In this document: positions 8,041 through 18,600 of the stretch, in pieces | How positions within the stretch are numbered: the stretch's first letter is position 1 | How the letters are laid out: every line of letters begins with the position of its first letter | DNA from: Bacteroidales bacterium | Lineage (GTDB): Bacteria; Bacteroidota; Bacteroidia; Bacteroidales; P3 | Assembly: GCA_031257915.1 (NCBI GenBank) | Contig: JAIRNR010000003.1 | Coordinates: 7,670 to 71,669, forward strand | Length of the DNA: 64,000 nucleotides | Direction: 5' to 3' | The notes under the pieces: model-generated | Databases searched by the model: none | The model's input: the letters and a program-made list of their open reading frames with translations, nothing else | Told to the model about the DNA's origin: nothing | Position numbers and translations under genes: made by a program

Positions 8041-9597
8041 ATGAAACGAGTAACGGATTTTCTTGTTATCGGTACAGGCATTGCCGGATTAAGTTACGCA
8101 CTGAAAGTTGCTGACTATGGCGGCGTATTGCTTGTTGCGAAATCCCTTGCAGACGAGGGTTCGACAAACTATGCCCAAGGTGGTATAGCAGCTGTTGTAG
8201 ATGCACTTGATTCTTATGAAAAACATATTAAGGATACTCTTATTGCGGGTGACGGCTTATGTGATGAAGAAGTAGTTCGTTTCACGATCGAAGATTCTAC
8301 AGAGCGGATAAAAGAACTTGTCGGTTATGGTGCGCAGTTTGACAGAAAGCGTTCCGGAGAATTTGACCTTGCAAGAGAGGGCGGACATTCCGAACATCGC
8401 GTACTTCATCATAAAGACCGTACCGGACAGGAAATAGAGCGTATTTTATTGGAAAAAGTGCGGCAGCATCCGAATATAAGTTTACTTGAAAATCATTTCG
8501 CGATTGATATTATTACGCAACATCATTTGGGAGTTGAAGTGAATCACCGCACACCCGATATTCGCTGTTATGGTGCTTATGTGCTTGATTTAAAAGAAAA
8601 TCGTATAGATACTTTTCTTGCAAAAACTACAATGCTTGCAACAGGGGGCAACGGAAACGTTTACGCGACAACAACAAATCCCATTGTTGCCACCGGCGAC
8701 GGCGTGGCTATGGTACATCGTGCAAAAGGTACTGTTAGAAATATGGAATTTATCCAGTTTCATCCCACATCGTTATACAATCCGGGTGAAAAACCGTCGT
8801 TTTTAATTTCCGAAGCAGTACGCGGTGCGGGTGCGCGGCTCTGCAACCTGAAGACTGAATATTTTATGGCGAAATATGATAAACGTCTTGAACTCGCTCC
8901 GCGCGATATTGTTGCTCGTGCCATTGACAACGAAATGAAGATCACAGGGGACGACCATGTTTATCTTGACTGTCGCGGTATTTCCAAATATACATTGCTG
9001 CAACATTTTCCAACCATATATGCAAAATGTCTTTCAACAGGTATTGATATAAGTAAGGAACTGTTGCCTGTAGTGCCTGCCGCTCATTACAGTTGCGGTG
9101 GTATTGTGGTAGATGAAAATGCGTGTACGAGTATTGAGAGATTATATGCTTCGGGTGAATGTTCCTGTACAGGACTGCATGGAGCAAACCGCCTTGCGTC
9201 CAATTCGCTTTTGGAAGCACTTGTATTTTCGCACAGGGCATATCTGCATGCCGTAGAAGTAGTGCGTGATACCGAAATTTGCAGTGATATTCCCGAATGG
9301 AATTCCGAAGGCATGGTGCTTAATGAGGAAATGATTTTGATAACGCAGAGTTTGAAAGAAGTGCAGACGATTATGTCAAGTTATGTCGGTATTGTACGCT
9401 CTAATCTTCGTTTGAAACGTGCGTTTGACCGCCTTGCAATTATTCACCGCGAAACGGAGGCACTCTACAATCGCAGTGTACATTCGGTAGCACTTGCCGA
9501 ATTGCGCAATCTCATCAAAATCGGATACCTTATAATAACGATGTCAATGGAACGCAGGGAAAACAGAGGTTTGCATTATAATGTTGATAACAGATAG
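8041..9597 (+). CDS. nadB: L-aspartate oxidase
   Basis: FAD-binding DFLVIGTGIAGLSYA, YAQGGIAA, HPT, and a fumarate reductase/succinate dehydrogenase-type flavoprotein layout. Start set at the MKRVTDF Met. Confidence 0.92.
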   Translation: MKRVTDFLVIGTGIAGLSYALKVADYGGVLLVAKSLADEGSTNYAQGGIAAVVDALDSYEKHIKDTLIAGDGLCDEEVVRFTIEDSTERIKELVGYGAQFDRKRSGEFDLAREGGHSEHRVLHHKDRTGQEIERILLEKVRQHPNISLLENHFAIDIITQHHLGVEVNHRTPDIRCYGAYVLDLKENRIDTFLAKTTMLATGGNGNVYATTTNPIVATGDGVAMVHRAKGTVRNMEFIQFHPTSLYNPGEKPSFLISEAVRGAGARLCNLKTEYFMAKYDKRLELAPRDIVARAIDNEMKITGDDHVYLDCRGISKYTLLQHFPTIYAKCLSTGIDISKELLPVVPAAHYSCGGIVVDENACTSIERLYASGECSCTGLHGANRLASNSLLEALVFSHRAYLHAVEVVRDTEICSDIPEWNSEGMVLNEEMILITQSLKEVQTIMSSYVGIVRSNLRLKRAFDRLAIIHRETEALYNRSVHSVALAELRNLIKIGYLIITMSMERRENRGLHYNVDNR

Positions 9598-10024
9598 ATG
9601 TGTGTGTTGTTAATGGAGCTGCGAGCGAGGCTTGCAACAATTGTGATATAAGTAAAATAGAAAATCGTAATTTAGAACAAATTTTTAATAATCAAAACGT
9701 ATGTAGAATTATAATCCGTAATACGGATAATGAAATAAATAGATAAATAGGGCTTTACGCTTTTATTCTCACTGTTAGAAACGTCCAAATTTCAAAAAGT
9801 GGTTGAGATAAGAGTGCGAAAGTTCGCGTTTTTAAGGCGTGAACTGTTTCGTAACTTGTTTGACCATAAAGGTATGGACACCTCTAACAGCAAACAGGTA
9901 AGAAATGGCTTCACGTCTTTTTTTGCCAAAAAGTTTAAGAGTTTGAAGTTCTGCAAACCCTTGAACTATGATAATAAAGGCAAATAAAAATTCCAATCTA
10001 TTCTCTCAAAATAATGAAAATAAA

Positions 10025-11227
10025 ATGATTATGGCCAATACTGTCGCCATTGGCGATAATATCAGGTTTTTGCATCATTTGGCAGATAAATTTGAAAAAT
10101 TTGATGTAATTTATATTGACCCGCCTTACAATACAGGTAATAATTTTTCTTACAACGACAAACGCAGCACTGACGACTGGCACGATTTTATGACAAAGCG
10201 GCTGAAACTGGCTTGTCAAATTTTGAAAGATGATGGTGTTATTTTTATTTCTATTGATGATAATTCGCTATACGAATTAAAAATTGTTTGCGATACGATT
10301 TTCAATAAATCAAATTTTTTGGGTGTCTTCATTACCAAACAAGCCGTCAGAAGCAATTCAAAGCATATCAATACAATTCACGAATATATTCTTGTTTATG
10401 CACAAGATATAAAATTGCTCGAAGATTTTAAAATTAAGCGTCTGAACAATGCTTACGAAGCAGCTATGATTGGCGATATTTCAAAAAAAGTAAAAACACA
10501 ATTCAATTTATACGGTCGTGCTTCTGCTTTAAAATTACTTTCCGAACTCAACGAGGAAAATATGAAGAAATACGGTATTACCTGGTTGCGTAATTATTCT
10601 GAAATTGACGAAAAAGGTGAGATATTTTTTCCAAAAGATTTGTCTGTTCCCGGAACTCCAAATGAATTATTTATTGAAGAAATAAATCTGAAATTGCCCG
10701 CTTTAAAAACTCGCAAATGGTCTTCGCCACAGAAAATTCTTAGGCTTCACGCTGAGAATATGCTACACTTTAAGGGTAACAGACCCTATGAAAAACATTA
10801 TCTTAAAGATTCTTACGATAATGTCGTTTCTATTTTGGACTTCTATTCCAGACAGGGGACAAACGACTTGGTAAAACTTGGTTTGAGAAATCTTTTTGAC
10901 ACACCAAAACCTGTAGAGTTGATAAAATACATTATCAGAATTTCTACAAATGGGAAAGAAAATGCTAAGATACTTGACTTTTTCGCAGGTAGTGGTACTA
11001 CGGGGCAAGCCGTTTTGGAAATCAATAAAGAGGACAGTAAAAATCATACATTTTATTTGATACAAATTGATGATAAAGTCGCAGAGAACAGTTTAGCATA
11101 CCAATTTTGTACTGAAAATAATTTAACGCCAACGTTAGACCAACTTTTAATTCATAGAATTAAGGTTGTCGTTAAGAAAATAAAATCAAACTATAATATT
11201 AATGTAATAACTGCTACTGACTTATGA
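10025..11227 (+). CDS. beta-class (Mod-like, N6/N4) DNA methyltransferase
   Basis: Motif IV DVIYIDPPYNTG sits near the N-terminus and motif I LDFFAGSGTTGQAV near the C-terminus, with a variable region between. This is the type III Mod / PF01555-like motif order. Confidence 0.85.
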   Translation: MIMANTVAIGDNIRFLHHLADKFEKFDVIYIDPPYNTGNNFSYNDKRSTDDWHDFMTKRLKLACQILKDDGVIFISIDDNSLYELKIVCDTIFNKSNFLGVFITKQAVRSNSKHINTIHEYILVYAQDIKLLEDFKIKRLNNAYEAAMIGDISKKVKTQFNLYGRASALKLLSELNEENMKKYGITWLRNYSEIDEKGEIFFPKDLSVPGTPNELFIEEINLKLPALKTRKWSSPQKILRLHAENMLHFKGNRPYEKHYLKDSYDNVVSILDFYSRQGTNDLVKLGLRNLFDTPKPVELIKYIIRISTNGKENAKILDFFAGSGTTGQAVLEINKEDSKNHTFYLIQIDDKVAENSLAYQFCTENNLTPTLDQLLIHRIKVVVKKIKSNYNINVITATDL

Positions 11228-11442
11228 ATTTATTAGACAAAGGAAATTTTGTAGAAATAAACGATGGGTTTTTGACACGCTCACTTGATGTGTTTCAGAA
11301 TTTACAACGTATTCAAAAAGAATTTGATAAGAACGACACCGATACTTTTATGAACGAAGTACGTGATTCTGTTGCTGCTAAATATCTTAATTTTACGCAT
11401 ATAAATACCGAAAAACATGGCTTTGATGCTCGCAGAAAATAG
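11224..11442 (+). CDS. 72-aa ORF translationally coupled to the methyltransferase (possible remnant of a partner nuclease)
   Basis: ATGA stop/start overlap with the MTase gene. No recognisable domain. Followed by about 100 bp of non-coding DNA. Confidence 0.35.
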   Translation: MNLLDKGNFVEINDGFLTRSLDVFQNLQRIQKEFDKNDTDTFMNEVRDSVAAKYLNFTHINTEKHGFDARRK

Positions 11443-11540
11443 ACAAATCAGGATTTTGATTATCTTGATATGATAAAGCCCATCACTGCTATCTGCTAAT
11501 TCCGTTAGTTTTATTTTACTGTTATGTATCTCAACCTCCC

Positions 11541-13010
11541 TCACAACTTCCTGCGGGAATGGGCAAAAACAAACCCGCCGTTAACAAGTTCGTAATTCTT
11601 ATTTACATGAATCTTCCTGAATGTAACCTTTACACCCGTGTTCGCCAACAAGGGAATATTAGTGTATCCGGTACCGCTGAAAATACCGTTTTCGCCTGTA
11701 ACATCTTCAATAGAAATAATAAGTCCGCTTGCTGTTTTGACTTTATCAAAGCGATGTAAAATAAAAAGTGAGTCGGTTGCCCGCTCAATTTCAGTAACCA
11801 TCTCTCCACAATTATTTTCAGTTGCTTTATTCGGAAATCTTGTATAAAAAGTTATAACAGGATCATTTTCGCTAACCGCGCCGCTGCCTTCAAAAGCGCA
11901 TGTTGCGGATATTTTACACTCGTATTCCGTACCATTTTCCAGATTGCCGATTTCGGTAAAATCATCTGTGTTGCCGAGCGGCATAGAAAACCATTGCCGG
12001 TCTTTTTTTCTGTAAGAAAGAGTGATAAACGCCGCATTAGCAGAAGGTGTCCATTGAAGTAAGGCACTGTTTTCCGAAGGAGCGGCAGTTAAATTTTTTA
12101 CTCCGATACATCGTTCCTTAATAGAGAAAGTTCTTATTTCGCTATAACCGTTATTTTTTAGAATAAGTTCCTCGCCGCCGGCACTGAAACATTGCGCCCT
12201 GACTCTGTACGCACAGGTGCTTCCTGTTTCTAAAAGCGCATTATTGTTGTCAAAATAACAGTATGTATTGTTTGTTTCCGTTTCGTAAATGCGGGGAAAT
12301 GTATTGAAATACGAATTGATATTTGAAGAAAAATTTTTAGGTACCTGTACAATTTCAAGTGTATATCTGTTATCGGTAAAGCCTGCGGCAGAGCCAATAT
12401 GACGTGGTGTCCAGCGAAAGAAAAATTGCAACGGCACATCTGCATAGAAAACTTCGTTCTGCGCAGGACTTGTGAGAATCGGCGGATCAGGAGAATGAAA
12501 ATAAAATCGTGAAGATATTTCTGTGCGTGATACTTTCGTTCCCGAATAATATTCATACACCTCAAAACGCAGTGTGTAGTTGCCGTCAGGTAAAGAATTT
12601 CCGTTTTTTTGATAATCAGTAAAAGAATACCCTTTAAATGACAAATTTGATAATGAGAAAAACGGCATAAGATCTTCGGTATGGAGTATTTTATCCTCGC
12701 CGCCTTTGATATTCACAGGAATTGAAAGAGGTGCGGGATTTTCAATTTTTCCGTTCGCACCATTTGAAAACTCAAGAACCATTTTTATTTTTACTGTCGC
12801 GTTTGCAACATTTACATCAAGCATTGAAAGGTGCACTTCTATATTGTTTTCACCGGGTATCGCCCATTTTTCAATATTTCTTGACAATTTGGAATACGTT
12901 ACTGTTTGGCTGCGCACAGGTGAAATAATATTTTGCGCACTTGTAAAAAATGGTGCAAGCACAAGTGTTATTATCAAGTAGATGTTAAACTTTTGACATG
13001 TTCGTTTCAT
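11541..13010 (-). CDS. secreted protein with a fibronectin type III-like module
   Basis: Signal peptide ...APFFTSAQN. FN3-like stretch NLTAAPSENSALLQWTPSANAAFITLSYRKK...GTEYECKISA. ATGA overlap with the upstream gene. Confidence 0.6.
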   Translation of the reverse strand: MKRTCQKFNIYLIITLVLAPFFTSAQNIISPVRSQTVTYSKLSRNIEKWAIPGENNIEVHLSMLDVNVANATVKIKMVLEFSNGANGKIENPAPLSIPVNIKGGEDKILHTEDLMPFFSLSNLSFKGYSFTDYQKNGNSLPDGNYTLRFEVYEYYSGTKVSRTEISSRFYFHSPDPPILTSPAQNEVFYADVPLQFFFRWTPRHIGSAAGFTDNRYTLEIVQVPKNFSSNINSYFNTFPRIYETETNNTYCYFDNNNALLETGSTCAYRVRAQCFSAGGEELILKNNGYSEIRTFSIKERCIGVKNLTAAPSENSALLQWTPSANAAFITLSYRKKDRQWFSMPLGNTDDFTEIGNLENGTEYECKISATCAFEGSGAVSENDPVITFYTRFPNKATENNCGEMVTEIERATDSLFILHRFDKVKTASGLIISIEDVTGENGIFSGTGYTNIPLLANTGVKVTFRKIHVNKNYELVNGGFVFAHSRRKL

Positions 13011-15370
13011 AATGAAATTATTTTAATGGTTTTTGTTGATGTTTTATTATTTTCGGCAGTTGCGGTGATTAGTAATATATATGTTCCCGAAGAAAATTTT
13101 TCAGATTCAACAGGCAAATATGTTCTTTCATTTGCACGTAGAAAAAGACTGCTGTAAACAGATTGCTGTCCGGTGGCGATATTATAGACTTTAATATTTA
13201 CGGAAGCGTTAATTCCGGTTTCTATTTCTAATACGCTTTCGGACGTAATCGGCTGCGGATACACACTTGCATAGTTGATAATTGAGAAAGATGATTTTTG
13301 TTCGGGGTATTTTTGCTGCGGCATATTTACAATTACGGATACTTCTTTTTCGGCGACACAATTATAATAATACCCAAACATTCCTACTTTAAAAATTCCC
13401 GTATCATTGAATTGCAGTTCAAGTTCGTGATAGTCTTCATAGCGCAGTTCCGCCTCAGGTGGAAATGTCCACAATATACTGTCGAAGCGGGTTAAGGAAA
13501 CATTTACTGCAAGTCCGATGTCGTAAAGCGTAAATTCGGAACAGAGCCAAAAATCGGCGGCAATGCTGCTGTCGCAAGGTATGAGTGTATCAATGGGTGG
13601 CGTGACTGTGGTGTCCGGTGGTGTAACAATGGTGTCGGGCGGTATGACGATAGTGTCCGGTGGTATGACGATAGTGTCCGGTGGTGTAATAATAGTATCG
13701 GGTGGTATAACGATAGTGTCCGGCGGTGCAACGATGGTATCGGGTGGTGCAATGATAGTGTCGGGCGGTATGACAATAGTATCAGGTGGTATAATGACAG
13801 TGTCCGGTGGTGCAATGATAGTGTCCGGCGGTATGACAATAGTATCAGGTGGTATAATGACAGTGTCCGGTGGTGTAATAATAGTATCGGGTGGTATGAC
13901 AATAGTATCCGGCGGTGCAATGATAGTATCAGGTGGTATAATGACAGTGTCCGGTGGTGCAATAATAGTATCGGGTGGTATGACGATAGTGTCCGGTGGT
14001 GTAATAAGAGTATCGGGTGGTATAACGATAGTGTCCGGCGGTGCGACGATGGTATCGGGTGGTGCAATGATAGTGTCGGGCGGTATGACAATAGTATCAG
14101 GTGGTATAACAATAGTGTCCGACGGTGCAACAATGGTATCGGGTGGTGTAATAATAGTGTCCGGCGGCACAATGACAGTGTCCGGCGGTGCAACAATAGT
14201 GTCCGGCGGTATAATGACAGTATCCGGCGGTACAACAATAGTATCCGGCGGCACGACAAAAGTATCCGGTGGTGTAATAATCGTATCGGGCGGCACGACA
14301 ATAGTATCCGGTGGTATAACAACAGTGTCCTGTGGTTTAACAGAAGTGTCCGCTTCAACTTTTATTCTGCTCGAAGAAACAAGCCCTGTACGCTGTCCGT
14401 ATCCGATAGCATAGTATTCACCCGCCCCTGCGTCATAAAGAAAATTTTCCAAACCACTTTTAAGTAATACGCCGTTTTTGTACCATTCGACAAACAGCAC
14501 TTCAGGTTTATTATATTGCACAATGGAAAGATGGGCATCGCTGACATTCGCGTCCGAAAGCGGTTTATCAAGTGAAATGCCTATATGTAATGTGTCAGGC
14601 GAAATCATAATAGTGTCGTGAATATCCAAGGAACAGCCGTTATTATCCCATAAGGTAAAAACTATCGGCATCTGGCAACCAAAATATATTGTATCGTAAG
14701 AACTTTCAAGACCCAATTCTTTGTATAAAATTTCGTATGGCGGCGTTCCGTTCTTAATACTTTCAAAATCAAAAGCAAAAAATGCACTCCTGCCGCTTTC
14801 CCATTCCCCGTCAAAAAATTGCATTCCTGAAATATCTTTTTTTGTATATGATATTTCCATTTTTGCAACAGAATTGATAACAAATTCAAGCCATAATTCG
14901 CCTTCCATACGAAAAAATCCATTATTAAAATGATATGAAGCAAATAGCATGTAATCTCCGGGCGGCAATGAAAAGAAACCGAAAGTTGCGTATGACTCGC
15001 TTGTTGCGGTATAATGATTCGGAATATATTCCGTAAATCCGATAGAATCACTGTGCTGCAAATAAAAAGTAAAAGATTCCGGCGGATTATTATCCAAAAC
15101 ATGTTTATTTATCGTTAATATCATATTTCCCGATTGAGATTCACTCCAGCAAACAGGGTCATACGTTCTTATTGAATAGGGTAAAGACAGAGTCTTTGTT
15201 TGCGGCGTCTGCGTTGATAAGTTGTGCGTAAATTTATCGTATTCGGGTAAAGTCTGCGGGGATAAATCATGCCCGAATGAATTACATGCTGACAAAGCAT
15301 ATACAGGTGAAGTGAATACCGGCAAAAGTAAATTGCAAAAAATCAGTGTTGAGAATAAAAAGTGTTTCAT
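13007..15370 (-). CDS. T9SS cargo protein with about 35 tandem PPDTIVI heptads, a PKD-like module and a Por C-terminal sorting domain
   Basis: Signal peptide. The C-terminal ~85 aa (VYPQPITSESVLEIE...IKVYNIATGQQ...SGTYILLITA...KTIKIISL) fit the T9SS CTD pattern (YPNP...G.Y...K). Confidence 0.8.
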   Translation of the reverse strand: MKHFLFSTLIFCNLLLPVFTSPVYALSACNSFGHDLSPQTLPEYDKFTHNLSTQTPQTKTLSLPYSIRTYDPVCWSESQSGNMILTINKHVLDNNPPESFTFYLQHSDSIGFTEYIPNHYTATSESYATFGFFSLPPGDYMLFASYHFNNGFFRMEGELWLEFVINSVAKMEISYTKKDISGMQFFDGEWESGRSAFFAFDFESIKNGTPPYEILYKELGLESSYDTIYFGCQMPIVFTLWDNNGCSLDIHDTIMISPDTLHIGISLDKPLSDANVSDAHLSIVQYNKPEVLFVEWYKNGVLLKSGLENFLYDAGAGEYYAIGYGQRTGLVSSSRIKVEADTSVKPQDTVVIPPDTIVVPPDTIITPPDTFVVPPDTIVVPPDTVIIPPDTIVAPPDTVIVPPDTIITPPDTIVAPSDTIVIPPDTIVIPPDTIIAPPDTIVAPPDTIVIPPDTLITPPDTIVIPPDTIIAPPDTVIIPPDTIIAPPDTIVIPPDTIITPPDTVIIPPDTIVIPPDTIIAPPDTVIIPPDTIVIPPDTIIAPPDTIVAPPDTIVIPPDTIITPPDTIVIPPDTIVIPPDTIVTPPDTTVTPPIDTLIPCDSSIAADFWLCSEFTLYDIGLAVNVSLTRFDSILWTFPPEAELRYEDYHELELQFNDTGIFKVGMFGYYYNCVAEKEVSVIVNMPQQKYPEQKSSFSIINYASVYPQPITSESVLEIETGINASVNIKVYNIATGQQSVYSSLFLRANERTYLPVESEKFSSGTYILLITATAENNKTSTKTIKIISL
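13590..14335 (-). repeat. 21-bp tandem repeat array (about 35 units) encoding PPDT[IV][IV]x
   Basis: Plus strand reads GGTGG(T/C)(A/G)T(A/G)ACNATAGTGTCCGGTGG... repeatedly. Higher-order 63-bp periodicity is visible (IVI/IIA/VII triplets). Confidence 0.9.
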
Positions 15371-15609
15371 ACTGTCTAAATTTTAGGCAGCAAAAATAAT
15401 ACACTAAAAACTTATTACTGAGAAAAAAATGTTAAAGTTTCTTAAACGTTAAGAGTTTTTAACTTTTGTCTTAAAATTTTCTTAAAAAATGAGATAAAAT
15501 GCCTCTCTTTTTAACAACACAATGTTAGAGAATTTATATTTTTGCCTGACGAAAAGACCACTTAAATAGGTAATTTAGCAAAATAAAAGTAAGTATTAAC
15601 AGGCAAATA

Positions 15610-18600
15610 ATGAAACAAAAGGTAATATTATTATTAACGTTATTGCTTTTCGTGTTGCCGCTGTCGGCACAAAAAACACATTTTTATGATGAGCCGGATG
15701 CGACTTTTCGTTCTGCGGTAGAATTATATTCAAAAGCAAAATACGGCAGTGCGCAAAAGCAGTTTGAATGGGTGCTTAAAAAGTTGCAAAACTCGCAGGG
15801 CAATAAACATGATGGTGCAAATGTTGATTACATGCGCGAAGAAGCGATGTATTATTCTGCAATGTGCAACATAAAACTTTTTCATTCTCATTCCGACGCT
15901 CCGCTTATCCGCTTTTTGCATGAATATCCGCAAAGTTTGCGGATAAACAGTATTTACCTTTCTCTCGGGAACTTTGAATATACGCAAAAACGGTACAAAG
16001 AGACCATAGAATATTATGAAAAAGTAAATACGGATGCTCTTTCTCCTGAGGATAAAAATGAATTTACTTTTCGCAAGGGATATGCTCTTTTTATGCAGAA
16101 AAAATATCTTGACGCTGAAGTACTTTTTTATTCTTTGATTGAAGAAGATATGCGCTATCGTGTAGTTTCAACGTATTACTACGCATACTGTCTGTATGTA
16201 CAGGAGAAATATCAAAGTGCGCGTACCGAGTTTGAAAAGATAGAAGACGACCCTTCTTTCGCAACAATTATTCCCTATTTTCTTTTGCAGATTGATTATA
16301 AACAGAAGGAATACGATAAGGTGATAGATAAAGGACTTGAACTTTTTTCCGATGCAAAACAGACAAGAAAGATAGAACTTTCGCATTTGATAGGCGACAG
16401 TTATTTGAAAAAAGGTAAGTATCAGGAAGCGTTGCCGTACTTAAAGATGTATGTTTCCCTGTCGCCCGAAAATCCGGATCCTGCCGATAATTATAATCTT
16501 GGGTATGCTTATTTCGGAATAAAAAAATATGATTCCTCCGCATACTTTTTTCAAAAAGTTGCAACGCTTTCCGATACTTCATATCAGCGTTTGATACAGA
16601 GTTCGCTTTACCATTTGGGATATATTTATTCGCAGCAGGATTTGATAAGATTTGCGCAGGAAGCGTTTCGCAGTGCGGCAGATATGGAGAGCGGCAATAC
16701 GGTTTTGCAGGAAGATGCATTTTATAATTATGCAAAACTTGTACATCAAAAGGGGCAGGCAACATATCAGGAAAAGGCAGATGCGTTAAGGGGTTTTCTT
16801 ACAAAGTATCCGTATTCGGTTTATAATAATATTATTCATGCCTATCTTGTGGATGTTCTTATGACGACCCACTCTTACAGAGAAGCACTTGAAACGCTTG
16901 CCGAAATTCCTTATAAAACGGCGGAAATGAAAGAAGCGGAACAGCGTCTTTTCTTTGGCAGAGCGGTTGAACTTTTTAATATTGAAGATTATGAAAGTGC
17001 GTTTGACGCATTTACTTCGTGTGAGAAAAACAGCTATAATGATATTTATACATCGCGTGCAATTTATTGGAAAGGGATGTGTCTTTCCGTTCTTGATAAA
17101 AAGCAGGAAGCGATGGCTGAGTATAATAGATTTTTATCGTTGCCGTCATCTAAAAATACGGAAGAATACGCCTACGCATTGTATTGTATGGGCGTAATTC
17201 AGATGGAACAGAATCAATATGCTGCTGCTGCCTCGCAGTTTAATCGGTTCGTGCTTTTAACGCAAGATTCTGTTTACAGGCGGGACGCTTTAATGAATAT
17301 TGCCGATTGCAAATTTATGCTTAAACAGTACAATACGGCTTTTGACGATTACGATAAGGCTATGGTTGCCGACGACGGTCGAAACGATTATGCTTTATAT
17401 CAGCAGGCGTTATGCTCCGGTGCAATGGCAAAATATGCACAAAAAATTTCTTTATTGAAAAAAGTAAATGTTTCAAGTTCGTTGATGCCGCAGGTATTAA
17501 GTGAACTCGGTGCAACCGAAATGCTGCTTGAGAATAATGTTAAGGCGGAAGACGCTTTCAGCGGACTTATTCGTGAGTATCCCAATCATCCTCTCGTGAA
17601 AAATGCTTATATGAAAATAGGCATGATGTATTTTAATGAAGGTAAAAATAAAGAGGCGTTGGAATATTTTAAAAAAGTGATAGAAAAATATCAGGGAACT
17701 TCGGAAGCGAAACAATCGCTGCTTACGCTGAAGAATATCTACATTGCAATGAATAAGCCTGACGAATTTTTTGATTATGCGAAAAAAATGTCGGGTGTGA
17801 AAATAGATGAACAGGAGCAGGATTCCATCCTTTATTTAGCGGCGGAAAATATTTATTTTGAAGGAAACTTTAGCGAGGCGGCAAAATCATTTACAAAATA
17901 TATTGAGCAGTTTCCGAAAGGATTTTTTGTTGTTGAAGCATTACATTCGCTTGCCGATTGCGCAGTTCGTACAAACGATGGAAATCTTGCGAAAAGCACT
18001 TATCAAAAATTGGCAAATATTCCCGCAACGCCTTATACGGAGCAAGCTACTATAACTGTTGCAGGCATGGAGTTTTCAGATAAAAATTTCACTGCTGCAC
18101 TTGAAAATTATACACGTTTGCGCTCTATTGCAAGCACGCCGGCTAATGCGCTTTTGGCACAAACAGGAATTATGCGTTCGTATGTGCAGATGGATAGAAA
18201 GAAAGAGGCAGTTGACGAAGCGCAGATATTACTTAAAATGGATAGACTGTCGGACAATCAAAAAGACGAGGCGAATATTACTATTGCACGTCTTTCGCGT
18301 CAGATGGGCGATAATGAACTGAGCGACGATTCATATATGCGTCTTACCTCGTCTAAAAATCCGAATTATCAAGCGGAAGCACGTTATATTTTAATAGAGG
18401 GTATGGTGCGGGACGGCTTACTTGTGGAAGCGGAACAGAAGATTGTTGACTATATTTCGGATGCGCCGGGCAATGATGAATATCTTGCAAAGATGTTTAT
18501 TCTTTGGTCGGATATTTATTTTCAGCGTGGAAATTTTTTGCAGGCAAAACAGACATTACGGAGTGTAATTGATAATTATGATGATGGGGACGATAGTGAT

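Noticed and set aside
9799-9987. 62-aa ORF upstream of the methyltransferase, and a possible transposase remnant on the opposite strand
   Set aside because: No motif is recognisable in either strand's translation, the composition is basic and low-complexity, and there are no inverted repeats. The evidence is insufficient to call a gene or pseudogene.
13504-14414. Long ORFs 13504-14358 (-) and 13563-14414 (+), translating as LLHHRTLS... and GGMTIVSGG... repeats
   Set aside because: They are alternative-frame and opposite-strand readings of the 21-bp repeat array inside the 787-aa gene. They have no start context, signal peptide or flanking coding sequence of their own. The PPDT frame is the only one continuous with a signal peptide and a T9SS C-terminal domain.
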